DNA from: Chlamydiota bacterium
GTDB taxonomy: Bacteria; Auribacterota; Tritonobacteria; UBA1439
Assembly (NCBI GenBank): GCA_037133055.1
Contig: JBAXOY010000021.1
Coordinates: forward strand, 1 to 32,875
Length of the DNA stretch: 32,875 nt
Reading direction: 5' to 3'
Positions 1 through 9,338 of the stretch are shown here, piece by piece (position 1 is the first letter of the stretch; each line of letters starts with the position of its first letter). The notes under the pieces are model-generated. The model ran no database searches. It was not told where the DNA came from and saw nothing but the letters and a program-made list of their open reading frames with translations. A program made the position numbers and the translations under genes.

Positions 1-2514
1 CCGGGGGACGTCTTCGCCGCTTTCCCCCGCGCGCTTTTGGCGTTCACCCGTCGCCTCCCCTCCCCGCCGCCCCCCGCCGCCGCGGCCTCCCCCTCCTCCG
101 CCGCCGCGGAAACCGCCGCCTCCCCCTCCGCGGCTTCCGCCGAAGCTCGGGCGCCCGCCGCCGAAACTCGACCGGTTCCCGCTGAAGCCGGAACGGTCAA
201 ACCCGCCGCCGGCCCGTCCGGAATACCCCCTCTGGAAATCCGACGCCCGCGCCGCGCCGCGCTGCCGCGCCCAGTTCTGGCGGTCAAGGTCTGCGCGGTC
301 GAAGCTGGATGCAGGGAACGACACCTGCCGCCCCCCGATATCGGACGACACCCCGGGCCGGCTCAAGCCTTGGATCTGCGTAACGCCCCGCCCCGCGAAT
401 TCTCCGCGCTCGACGCCGGGGACCGTCACCGCGCGCCCGGCACCGACGCCCGCCGCGCCGCCGCCTTTCGCCCATCCGTCGCGGCCGTACTGCTCCCACC
501 CGTCCTTCATTCTGAAGACATCGCCGTTGCGGTCGGCGAAGACGTTGTTCTCCGCGCCGCGCGAGGGCTTCGGGACCGTCGCCGTCAGGGCGGGCGCCTT
601 TGCGGGCTCCGCGATACGGGACTGATTTCCACTCCTCCTGTAAAGGTTGTCCCTGAGATCGTCGCGGGAGATGGTCCGGCCGCCGACCGTAATCTGCCCG
701 TCCTTCGCGGAGATCTTCCCGCCCGCGAAATCCCCCGCGCCATTCCTTCCCGCGTTGATTCCCTGTCTCAGCTCGTCGCGGGTATAGGTGCGGCCGTCCA
801 CGGTGAGTTTTCCGTCATTCACACCGACGCCATACCGGTCCGCCAGGTCGCCCCACGGGCGGTAGCCCATGGGCCCCCACCAGCCGCTCTGTCCGCTCCA
901 GGTGGGCCAGCGGGGCCCCCATGACGTGCCGTAGCGCCATCCGTTTGTCCATGGGTTGTAGACCGGGTCGAAGCCCCACGTCCACGGCCGGGGATAGTAC
1001 CTGTTCCCGTACCAGCCGGGATACGCGTAGCCGGTGCCGTACACCACGGCGTCGTCGTACACGTAGTTCCCCTCGTAGCCCGGCAGGTACCCCATGTACA
1101 CCTCGTCCGGCGTGGAGTCGTACACATCGACGTACTTCACGTTGTAGACGGGGCAGCTCGGCGGAATCGCGTCGATGTCGTCCGGCACTGAATCGCAGAC
1201 CTCCCACGGCCCCGACGGGTCGTCCGCCTGGTACCAGACCGCCTCGCGGCAGCAGTAGTACCCGTCCTCCACCCCGATAACGGAGTCGGCGGTGTTCGCC
1301 GCGTAGCGCATATCCGTCCCCTCGATCTTCTCGAACCGCGGCTTGCCGTCGTACTCGACCTTCAGGTCCGCTCCCCCCCGTTTCACCGCGGCCGTCTGCG
1401 GGATGCTCGCATCGAGCACCGCCGCGAGCGCCTCCTCGGTGCCCGCCACGTTCGCGCGCACGCGCCCCTTCGGCGAGTCCGGGGGGATCTTCGCGAACGC
1501 GGGCGGGAGCCTGTTCGCCGCGACATAGGCCCACAGCCCGTTCGCGGACGCGCTCCGGTACCAGCGGCCCGCGAGGAGCACGTAGTACTGCCCCGTGGCG
1601 GCCTCCATGAAAACGTCGCTTCCGGTGCTGCTCAGGTAGAGGAGTTGATTCCCCTCGACCGGCCTCCAGGTCGGCGTGCCGTCGGAAACGATCAGTTCCG
1701 TCGGCTCGGTCGCGACGATGACGCGCGGCGCGGGGGCCGGCGACGCCTGAGGCGCAGGCGTGGCGGGAACGGCGGCCTGCGGGGGCTCCGGGGGCGCCGC
1801 CGCTGCGACGGGCGCGGGCACGCTCTTCGCGGCCTGCCAGGGCCCCGTGATATCGGGCGCGCTCAGCCAGCCCTCGGCGGTTTTGAGATAGAATGCAGGC
1901 CCCGCCATGTCGAAGAGCATGACGAACGGGGTGTTCACCACGCGCATGACCGCGGAGCCGGGCGCCTGCTGGAGCTGCGGTGTGCCGTCGATGCTGACGA
2001 GCAGCGCCGGGGTGGCGCTGAAAACGATCTTCGGGGGAACTGTCGAGAGGTTCGCGGCGGCGACCTTCTCCTTTTCCGCCAGGGCAAGGCCGGCGAGCAG
2101 GCGGTCGAGGGAGATTTCCAGGCTCGACCCGGCGAGATGCGTCTCGATGGCATCGGTGAGCCTCTTCTCCTGCGCGGGCGTGGCGCCCGGGAAGCGCGTC
2201 TTCGGGACCTTGACGTCCGTGATGACGGCCGTGCGCGCGTCGCGGTCGGTCGTGACCCGGGCCTCGAGCCACACGGCGCCAAAGACGGGCTCCGTGGCGC
2301 CTTTCAGCGTGACGGACACGGCCGCGCCTCCGGTCAGCATGTCGCCCTTCATCGAGTCGGGCTGCGGCTGGTAGATCACGATCTTTCCGCCGGGCCTGTC
2401 TATCTCGCGCGGCCACTCCGCGGCCGCCGTGTCGTCGGACTGACCGGAAGCCGCCCCGGCGCCCGCCATCGCCGTCACCAGTGCCGATACCCAGACCGCG
2501 AAATATAGTTTCAT
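1..2514 (-). CDS. Large secreted protein of unknown function with Gly/Arg-rich tail (3'-partial); paralog of 4783-6975
   Basis: Missing from the ORF track because no stop occurs before the window edge. Manual translation from ATG 2514 (G-rich RBS upstream) gives MKLYFAVWVSALVTAMAGAGAASGQ...EWPREIDRPGGKIVIYQPQP...AIPPSCPVYN...NNVFADRNGDVFRMKDGWEQY...GGFRGGGGG. Frame spot-checked at several points and colinear with the 730-aa ORF. Confidence 0.9.
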   Translation of the reverse strand, partial: MKLYFAVWVSALVTAMAGAGAASGQSDDTAAAEWPREIDRPGGKIVIYQPQPDSMKGDMLTGGAAVSVTLKGATEPVFGAVWLEARVTTDRDARTAVITDVKVPKTRFPGATPAQEKRLTDAIETHLAGSSLEISLDRLLAGLALAEKEKVAAANLSTVPPKIVFSATPALLVSIDGTPQLQQAPGSAVMRVVNTPFVMLFDMAGPAFYLKTAEGWLSAPDITGPWQAAKSVPAPVAAAAPPEPPQAAVPATPAPQASPAPAPRVIVATEPTELIVSDGTPTWRPVEGNQLLYLSSTGSDVFMEAATGQYYVLLAGRWYRSASANGLWAYVAANRLPPAFAKIPPDSPKGRVRANVAGTEEALAAVLDASIPQTAAVKRGGADLKVEYDGKPRFEKIEGTDMRYAANTADSVIGVEDGYYCCREAVWYQADDPSGPWEVCDSVPDDIDAIPPSCPVYNVKYVDVYDSTPDEVYMGYLPGYEGNYVYDDAVVYGTGYAYPGWYGNRYYPRPWTWGFDPVYNPWTNGWRYGTSWGPRWPTWSGQSGWWGPMGYRPWGDLADRYGVGVNDGKLTVDGRTYTRDELRQGINAGRNGAGDFAGGKISAKDGQITVGGRTISRDDLRDNLYRRSGNQSRIAEPAKAPALTATVPKPSRGAENNVFADRNGDVFRMKDGWEQYGRDGWAKGGGAAGVGAGRAVTVPGVERGEFAGRGVTQIQGLSRPGVSSDIGGRQVSFPASSFDRADLDRQNWARQRGAARASDFQRGYSGRAGGGFDRSGFSGNRSSFGGGRPSFGGSRGGGGGGFRGGGGGGGRGGGGRRGGEATGERQKRAGESGEDVPR

Positions 2515-2571
2515 ATCGTGCCCCCCCTGAAGTGGCCGCCGCGGATCTCCCCGCGCGCATCCTATTTTACA

Positions 2572-2600
2572 TTGGTGATGCCTCCCGCGCATAGTATACT
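2572..2600 (+). promoter_or_regulatory. Candidate sigma70-type promoter for the hydrolase gene
   Basis: TTGGTG-N17-TATACT in the divergent intergenic region. Confidence 0.4.
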
Positions 2601-2691
2601 CCATCGTCATTCGTGTGTGGTGACTTATGGGGGGACAACCCTTCGGGCCTGTCCCTTCACCGCCGTTCAACCGGACACGGAGAACCAGGTC

Positions 2692-4638
2692 ATGAGCACG
2701 TCCCTTCGCGCCCCACGCGCTGTCCCCGCTTTCGCGGCGGTTCTTATCGTCTTCTCCGCCGGCTGCACGACGCTCGACCTCATCAAGCCGCCCCCTCGGA
2801 ACGACCTCTATCCGGCGGCGCCCGCCCCTGACGCCCCGCTGGTCCTCGCCATACCGGGGCTTGCGGTCCCCGGGCTCCGCATCACCCAGGAGGAGCACTA
2901 CGGACGCCTCGTGGAAATGCTGGCCGCGGAGGGGATCCCCTGCCGCATCCTCGCCTACGACACGCCGGAGGACCCCGTAACCAGGCAGGCCGCCCTGTAC
3001 TCCCCCGACCACGGCCTCGCCTGGACGCGCGTCGGCCCCGCGATGGCGAGGGAGTTCGAGGCGGAGAACGAGCGCCGCGCCGCGCGCGGCGCGCCCCCCG
3101 TGAAGAGGGTCGTGCTGATCGGCTACAGCCAGGGGGGCGTCCTGATGGCCCAGCTCGCAAGGCGCGTGTTCTACACATTCAAGAACCAGTACAACGAGAC
3201 CGTCAAGAAATTCGGCCCCGAGTGGGCGGTGCTTCAGAAGGACCCGGAGTTCCTGCTGTTCATCAACGTGATCGACGACTTCGTTGTGCTCGACAATATC
3301 AAGATCCAGTACGAGGAGCTCTTCAGGAACAGCCCCTCCCTCAGGCGTCTCTACGAGCGCGCGCGGAAAAAACTGGTGACGCAGCACGAGGAGTTCCTCG
3401 GGTACCTCACCGACCCGGCGGGCAAATACCCGGGCGTGAAAAAGTTCGAGGGGATTGACAGCCCCTACTACCCCAAGCGCTACGATAAGATCAGGGCCTA
3501 CGCCGCCGAGCGCGGCTCCCGGCCGGAGGCCGAGAAGGAAAAGAACCGGCAGTTCTTCACCACCTACGCGCAGTACCGCGGCCTGCTCGGCATCGAGGCG
3601 CGGCTCATCACGTGCGCCGGGTCCCTGTTCGGCTCCCCGCAGGCGAGCGACACGGTCAACCTCGTGAAGTGGCTGCCGTTCGTGCGGCACTTCATCGGGA
3701 GGGAGTACTATCAGATAGAGCAGACGGAGCTCGGCACGGCGCAGCATATCCAGCGGATAGAAATGCTCGCGGAGGAGGTGCGCGAGAAGCGCTACCCCAT
3801 CGGACCGACGCAGGCGCTGTCCATCGTCGGTTCAAACGGCGCGAACGGGGACGGGCTGGTGGACCAGCCGGCCGCGCACCTGAGCATGCACACCTATACC
3901 CTGTTCAGGGTGGCGGCCGGGAAGGACGGGAAGCCCAGCCTCGAGGAGGCCGAGCGCGTGACGCTGCCGGCCATACCGGTGGTCCCGCTCAAGGTCATGC
4001 ACTTCGCGGAGAAGACGCTGGGGGGGCTCGGCGGGAAGCACTACGGGGCGGCGTACATGGTGAAGGGCAACCCCGCGTGGCCGTACATCCTGAACTTCAT
4101 CAGGGGGAACTGGGCGGAGATGGAGAAGGACTTCTCCCGCGACAGCACCCTGTTCAGGCAGTTCATGATCGAGGTGACGATGGGTGACGGGGAGATGAAG
4201 GAGTCGGACGTGCGGTGGGAGGACGCCTCGGACAACATTGAGATCCGCGGCCGCTACTTTAACGCGGGGAGCCGCACCCTCGTCTGGACGGGCTATTTCA
4301 AGGACACGGGCATGGTCGCGGACCTGAAGGAGAAGGCGCGCCTCCTGAACGTGACCGACATGATGCCCGGCGTGCGCGACGTCCTCGGCGAGTCCGGCGC
4401 CGAACGCCCCCACCTTCTGAAGGGCCTCAGGAGACGCGCCCACATCCTGAACCCCGCCCCCCTCATCCCGAAATCCGAAAAGGTGCTCGGATGGACCGGC
4501 CTGCTCGGCGAGGAGATGAAGGACGCGGCGGGGGAGGTGCAGTTCACGGTGCGGCTGCCGGGGGGGGGAAAGGCCCCCCTCGCGTGCACCGTGCACCCGG
4601 GCCGCATCAGCTTCGTGAAGATCGAGACCGGGAGATAG
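2692..4638 (+). CDS. Alpha/beta-hydrolase-fold (lipase/esterase-like) lipoprotein
   Basis: ATG 2692 with GGAG upstream; lipobox-like FSAGC; IPG oxyanion-type motif; GYSQG nucleophile elbow; DGLV motif. The ORF-track start at 2518 is probably too early. Confidence 0.8.
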   Translation: MSTSLRAPRAVPAFAAVLIVFSAGCTTLDLIKPPPRNDLYPAAPAPDAPLVLAIPGLAVPGLRITQEEHYGRLVEMLAAEGIPCRILAYDTPEDPVTRQAALYSPDHGLAWTRVGPAMAREFEAENERRAARGAPPVKRVVLIGYSQGGVLMAQLARRVFYTFKNQYNETVKKFGPEWAVLQKDPEFLLFINVIDDFVVLDNIKIQYEELFRNSPSLRRLYERARKKLVTQHEEFLGYLTDPAGKYPGVKKFEGIDSPYYPKRYDKIRAYAAERGSRPEAEKEKNRQFFTTYAQYRGLLGIEARLITCAGSLFGSPQASDTVNLVKWLPFVRHFIGREYYQIEQTELGTAQHIQRIEMLAEEVREKRYPIGPTQALSIVGSNGANGDGLVDQPAAHLSMHTYTLFRVAAGKDGKPSLEEAERVTLPAIPVVPLKVMHFAEKTLGGLGGKHYGAAYMVKGNPAWPYILNFIRGNWAEMEKDFSRDSTLFRQFMIEVTMGDGEMKESDVRWEDASDNIEIRGRYFNAGSRTLVWTGYFKDTGMVADLKEKARLLNVTDMMPGVRDVLGESGAERPHLLKGLRRRAHILNPAPLIPKSEKVLGWTGLLGEEMKDAAGEVQFTVRLPGGGKAPLACTVHPGRISFVKIETGR

Positions 4639-4782
4639 GCAGGCCCGCTTTGCTGAAGCAGTCATCGGCTGCGCAGGCTGAACGCGGCAGAGCCCGTTGC
4701 CCGGACATGCTCCCGGGAAACCTCGCTGCCGTTCAGGTTCCGCGTTCCCGGAACATCGTTGCTTTCGCGGCGGCGCCGGCGG

Positions 4783-6975
4783 TTATCTATGCCCTCCCCC
4801 GCCGCCACCTCCTCCCCCGCTACCTCTGCCTCCTCCGCCGCCATGTCCACCACCGCCTCTCCCCGCGGCTCCGCCGCCCCTGACGCCGCCGCCACCATAC
4901 ATCGGTGCGCTTCTCTGGAAACTCTGCGCCCGCACCGCTCCCCGCTGCCGCGCGGCGTAATGCAGGTCTAGTTCGGAGCGGTGTGTGATTGCCGGGGGAC
5001 CCGGCTGCCGGCCCATCTCCCGCGACACGTCATACGACGCGCTCTTTGCCCAACCCGCTTTGCTGTAGCGCTCCCAACCGTCGTCCATGCGCGCGATATT
5101 CCCTTCGCGGTCGGCGAAGACGTTGTTCCGCGCGCCCGTGGCGACCCTGGGCGCCCGCGGGGCCTGCGCCCCGGCACGCGCTTTTGCGCGCAGCGGCTGC
5201 TCCATCCTGGCGTAGATATTGTCCCTGTGCTCGTGGCGGCCGGGGGTTCCGCCTCCGCCTTTCTTCTGCCCGGCATCGGCCTTCCCCTGCCCGTCCGTCT
5301 TCCCCCCCGTGTAGTAGTGATATCCGCCGGGTCCCCACCAGTCGCCCGGCCCGCTCCCGTACACCCAGTCCCCGTAAGACCAGTCGGAACCGTACAGCCA
5401 TGAGCCGCCCGCGGGGTCATACTCCGCGTCAAAGCCCCACGTGGTCGGCCTCGGGGCGTACACGCTCCCTGTCCATCCGGGGTACGAGTACCCCGTGCCG
5501 TACACTACCGTGCCGCCGTACACGTAGTTCCCCGTGTAGCCGGGAAGGTATCCCACGCTCACCTCCTCCGGGGTCGAGCCATATACATAGGCATAGCGCA
5601 CGTTGTAGAGCGGGCAGGTCGGGGGGATCGTGTAGATCTCTTTCGGCACCACCGTGCACACCGCCCATGGTCCCGCGGTGCTATCCGCCGTATACCAGAC
5701 TGCCTGGTCGCAGCAGTAGTAGTTCCCTGCGGCCCTGATAACGGAGGAATCGGTGTTCGCCGCGTAGCGCATCGAGGTCCCCTCGATCTTCTCGAACTTC
5801 GGCTCGCCGTCGTAGGCGACCGCGGGCCCCGCCCCGCTGCGCGGGATGGACGCGGTCTGGGGGATACCCGCGTCGAGCACCGCGTCGCGCGCCTCACCCG
5901 TGCCCGCCACGTGCGCCCGCACGCGCCCCTTCGGCGAATCGGGGGGGATCCCGGCGAACGCGGGCGGGAGTTTATCCGCGGGAACGTACGTCCACGGGCC
6001 GCCGGAAGACGCGCTCCGGTACCAGCGGCCCGCGAGCAGCACGTAGTACCGCTTCGCGGCGGGATCCAGAAATACATCGTCCCAGGTGTTTTTCATGTAG
6101 AGGAGCCGGGCGCCGCCGATCGGCGCCCAGACCGGCTCTCCGTCCGAGACGATCAGCTCCGTCGGCTCCGTCGCGACGATGACGCGCGGCACGACTGTCG
6201 GGGCCGGCTGCGGCACGGACGCCGGAGCGGGTCCGGCGGGGGCCGCTGCCTGCACCGCGGGCGGCACCTTCTCCGCGGCCCGCCACGGACCCATGACATC
6301 GGGCGCGGTCAACCAGGCATCGCCCCCCTTGAGGTAAAATGCCGGTCCTGCGGTATCGAAAAGCACGATAAAGGGTTTGTTCATCGCGCGCATGACCGTG
6401 GGATTATTCCCCGACGGCTGCATCATGGGCTTGCCGTCAAAGACGACCAGGACCGCCGGGGTGGTGTTGAAGAGGATGCGCGGCGGGATCGTCGCGAGGC
6501 GGTCGGCGGCGACCTGCTCCTTCTCGGCGAGATCAATGCTCGTCAGGAGGCTGTCGAGAGAGAAGACGAAACACTGGTTTGCGAGATGCTCCCCGATATG
6601 ATCCGAAAGGGCCTTCCCCTGTTCCGCCGTCGCATCGAGGAACCTGACCTTCGTGACCGTGCAATCCTGGACGACCACGGTCCGGGCCTCGCGGTCGATG
6701 GTGACACTCGACTCGAACCAGACCGCACCGAAGTCCGGTTCGGTCGCTCCCTTCAGGGTCACCGCGACTGCAACGCGAAAGGAAAGCCTGTTGCCCGTGA
6801 AGGACTCCGGCTGCGGCTGGTAGACGATGATTTTCCCCGCGGGGGCATCGATCTCCTGCGGCCAGTCGAGGGACTGTTCGTCGGCGCGCAGGTCCGAAAG
6901 CGCCGTCGCGGTCATCGCCGCGCAGAGTGCATATCGCACGAGCCTCTTCGTCGTCCTTCCGTAGTTCCCATGCAT
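4783..6975 (-). CDS. Large secreted Pro/Gly/Tyr/Trp-rich protein of unknown function; paralog of 1-2514
   Basis: 730-aa ORF with signal-peptide-like N-terminus, repeated GPW motifs, YYCC, IPPTCPLYNV, YGTGY, NNVFADREG and a Gly/Arg-rich tail. Confidence 0.88.
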   Translation of the reverse strand: MHGNYGRTTKRLVRYALCAAMTATALSDLRADEQSLDWPQEIDAPAGKIIVYQPQPESFTGNRLSFRVAVAVTLKGATEPDFGAVWFESSVTIDREARTVVVQDCTVTKVRFLDATAEQGKALSDHIGEHLANQCFVFSLDSLLTSIDLAEKEQVAADRLATIPPRILFNTTPAVLVVFDGKPMMQPSGNNPTVMRAMNKPFIVLFDTAGPAFYLKGGDAWLTAPDVMGPWRAAEKVPPAVQAAAPAGPAPASVPQPAPTVVPRVIVATEPTELIVSDGEPVWAPIGGARLLYMKNTWDDVFLDPAAKRYYVLLAGRWYRSASSGGPWTYVPADKLPPAFAGIPPDSPKGRVRAHVAGTGEARDAVLDAGIPQTASIPRSGAGPAVAYDGEPKFEKIEGTSMRYAANTDSSVIRAAGNYYCCDQAVWYTADSTAGPWAVCTVVPKEIYTIPPTCPLYNVRYAYVYGSTPEEVSVGYLPGYTGNYVYGGTVVYGTGYSYPGWTGSVYAPRPTTWGFDAEYDPAGGSWLYGSDWSYGDWVYGSGPGDWWGPGGYHYYTGGKTDGQGKADAGQKKGGGGTPGRHEHRDNIYARMEQPLRAKARAGAQAPRAPRVATGARNNVFADREGNIARMDDGWERYSKAGWAKSASYDVSREMGRQPGPPAITHRSELDLHYAARQRGAVRAQSFQRSAPMYGGGGVRGGGAAGRGGGGHGGGGGRGSGGGGGGGGGHR

Positions 6976-7171
6976 CGCACAGCCCCCCCGTCGTTGGCAT
7001 CGAGCGGCGTCCCCGCATGAGAGCGCCCGATCCGGTGCAATTGTACTATGGATCCCTCGCGGGTGATAGGCCCATTACCCCGTGGCAAATACCGCTCCGT
7101 CATGAGAGAATAGCCGCGACCCTCGGAGCACGTTTACGCGCATTGTGGATGGGGGAAGACCGGGGCGCGCC

Positions 7172-7849
7172 ATGAATATTCTTCTTGTTGAAGACGATAT
7201 ACGGACCGCTCAGTTCATCACGAAGGGCCTCGCGCAGGCCGGCTTCGCCGTCCGGCACGCCGCCGACGGCGAGGAGGGGCTGCAGCGCGCCCTCATGGAA
7301 TCCTATGACGCGGCGGTGATCGACATCATGCTCCCCGGGCTGGACGGGCTGGAGCTGGTGCACCGGCTTCGCCGGAAAAAGTCGCTGACACCCGTCATCG
7401 TCCCCAGCGCAAAAGGTTCGGTCGACGACCGCATCAAGGGCCTCCAGGCGGGCGGCGACGACTACCTCGTCAAACCGTTTGCCTTCTCCGAACTGCTGAC
7501 GCGCATCCAGGCCCTCATCCGCAGGGCAAACCGTTCCCCGGAACCGACGGCCATTTCCGTGGGGCATCTCTCGATCGACCTCGTCAAGAGAAAGGTTTTC
7601 AGGGAAGAGAGGGAAATCGAGCTCCAGCCCCGCGAGTTCTCCCTCCTCGAGTACCTGATGCGGAACGCGGGGAGGGTCGTCTCGAAGACGATGATCATCG
7701 AGCACGTCTGGGACTATCAGTTCGACCCACACACCAACATCGTCGAGGCGAGGATGTGCCGCCTGCGCGACAAGGTCGACCGCCCCTTCGACCGGAAACT
7801 GATCCACACCGTCCGCGGCGTCGGCTATCTGCTCGAGGAAAAGACGTAA
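7172..7849 (+). CDS. OmpR/PhoB-family response regulator (CusR/CzcR-like)
   Basis: MNILLVEDD, DIMLP phosphoacceptor, DYLVKPF, winged-helix IHTVRGVGY. Confidence 0.95.
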   Translation: MNILLVEDDIRTAQFITKGLAQAGFAVRHAADGEEGLQRALMESYDAAVIDIMLPGLDGLELVHRLRRKKSLTPVIVPSAKGSVDDRIKGLQAGGDDYLVKPFAFSELLTRIQALIRRANRSPEPTAISVGHLSIDLVKRKVFREEREIELQPREFSLLEYLMRNAGRVVSKTMIIEHVWDYQFDPHTNIVEARMCRLRDKVDRPFDRKLIHTVRGVGYLLEEKT

Positions 7850-7850
7850 C

Positions 7851-9266
7851 ATGCTCCGCACCCTCACCGCGCGTCTCACCCTGTGGCACACGGCGATCTT
7901 CGCCGCATTGTCCGTGCTCCTTTTCGGGCTGGTCTGCCTCGCCCTGAAGACGAACCTCCGCGCCCGGACGGACGAGGAACTGAGGAACGAATCAGGCGAG
8001 TTCGAGAAGCTGTACCACCGGGACGGCATCGAGGCGCTGCGGTCCGAGTTCAGGACCGAGGCGGAATCGGAGGGGTTCAAGAGGGTGTTCTTCCGGTTTT
8101 TCTCCGCCGGGGGAGAGCAGCTCCTCGCATCCGACATGAGCGCATGGGGTGGACTCGACGCTCCTCCTCCCGCCGCGGCGTCCCTTCCGCCGGGGGAGTC
8201 GCTGCTGGCCACGGCCACCCTGCCCGGCCGTTCGCACGGCGCCCGCGTGATCTACAGAAAATCCGGCGGCGGGGGCCTCATCCAGATCGGCGTCACGACC
8301 GAGGACGACGACCACCTGCTCGCCCACATCCATAAGGTCTTCGGGGCGACGATCGCCGTCATGCTGTTCTTCGGCGGCGCCGCGGGGTATTTCATCGCGA
8401 GAAAGGCGATGCGCGGGGTCGAAGGGGTCACCGAAACGGCCGTCCGGATCGGGAGGGGCGATTTTACCCACCGTGTCCCTCTTGCCGGCAAGGGGCTGGA
8501 GATCGACAACCTCTCGCGGGCGTTCAACGACATGCTGGAGCGGATACAGGCGCTCGTGGAAGAGATCAAGGGGGTGACCGACACCATCGCCCACGACCTC
8601 CGGAGCCCGATCACCCGCATCCGCGGCATCGCCGAAACGACGCTGACCGGGGCGCAGCGCATGGACGACTACCGGCAGATGGCGGGGATCGTCATCGAGG
8701 AATGCGACCAGATGGTGCACATGATCAACACCATGCTGGAGATCGCCCAGGCCGATTCGGGGGTCGCGGTATTCGCGCGCGCGCCCGTCGATCTTGCGCG
8801 GCTCGCCGCGGATGCGTGCGACCTGTTTCACCCCGCCGCCGAAGACCGGAAGATACGCCTCGAAATCGACGGCACAGGGGCCCCCGTCTTCGCTCTCGGG
8901 GACAGCACCCGCCTCCAGCGCGTCATCGCGAATCTGCTCGATAATGCCGTCAAGTTCACGGCCCCCGGAGGGGAGGTCGTCCTGTCGATACGGGCGACTT
9001 CGACAGACGCCCTGCTCTCCCTGCGCGATTCCGGCGCCGGCATAGACGGGGGCGATATCTCCCGCATCTTCGACCGTTTCTACCGGGGCGACAGGAGCCG
9101 CTCCACCCCGGGCAACGGCCTCGGCCTCTCCTTCGCCCTGGCGATCGTACGGGCGCATGGGGGAGATATCGCCGTCGAAAGCAGCCCGGGGAAGGGAAGC
9201 ACGTTCACGGTGCGGCTTCCCCGGATTCCCACTCCGCCTGATTACCAAAAGGTAATCTCCCGGTAA
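7851..9266 (+). CDS. Sensor histidine kinase (2 TM, HAMP, HisKA, HATPase_c; CusS-like)
   Basis: H-box AHDLRSP, N-box NLLDNAVKF, DSGAGI, FDRFYR, GLGLS. Confidence 0.95.
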   Translation: MLRTLTARLTLWHTAIFAALSVLLFGLVCLALKTNLRARTDEELRNESGEFEKLYHRDGIEALRSEFRTEAESEGFKRVFFRFFSAGGEQLLASDMSAWGGLDAPPPAAASLPPGESLLATATLPGRSHGARVIYRKSGGGGLIQIGVTTEDDDHLLAHIHKVFGATIAVMLFFGGAAGYFIARKAMRGVEGVTETAVRIGRGDFTHRVPLAGKGLEIDNLSRAFNDMLERIQALVEEIKGVTDTIAHDLRSPITRIRGIAETTLTGAQRMDDYRQMAGIVIEECDQMVHMINTMLEIAQADSGVAVFARAPVDLARLAADACDLFHPAAEDRKIRLEIDGTGAPVFALGDSTRLQRVIANLLDNAVKFTAPGGEVVLSIRATSTDALLSLRDSGAGIDGGDISRIFDRFYRGDRSRSTPGNGLGLSFALAIVRAHGGDIAVESSPGKGSTFTVRLPRIPTPPDYQKVISR

Positions 9267-9294
9267 GACCCCGGTAACCTGCCTTTTCTATGCT
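9240..9294 (+). promoter_or_regulatory. Candidate response-regulator operator and promoter for the ArnT-like gene
   Basis: Palindrome GATTACC-N4-GGTAATC (9240-9257); GGTAA at 9251, 9262 and 9273 (exact 11-bp period); -10-like TATGCT at 9289-9294. Confidence 0.6.
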
Positions 9295-9338
9295 GTCCCC
9301 ATCGCCCGGGATCGCGGGACGGCGGCGGGGGAAGGCTC

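Noticed and set aside
44..75. Possible frameshift in the C6 run (70-75) that would end the first gene at TGA 46-44, overlapping a GTG start
   Set aside because: The frame as given is open to the window edge; this cannot be decided without flanking sequence or reads.
815..2560. 581-aa minus-strand ORF (and 37-924 plus-strand ORF) from the track
   Set aside because: Arg/Gly/Pro-rich shadow frames. The real gene is the other minus frame starting at 2514, supported by its paralog.
7074..7093. ATTACC-N4-GGCAAA as a second regulator box upstream of the two-component genes
   Set aside because: Only one good half-site and no 11-bp phased repeats; too weak to call.
7390..7415. Pro in place of the usual Leu in the receiver motif (PVIVPSAK)
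   Set aside because: A single substitution with the other key residues intact; not enough to call the regulator inactive.
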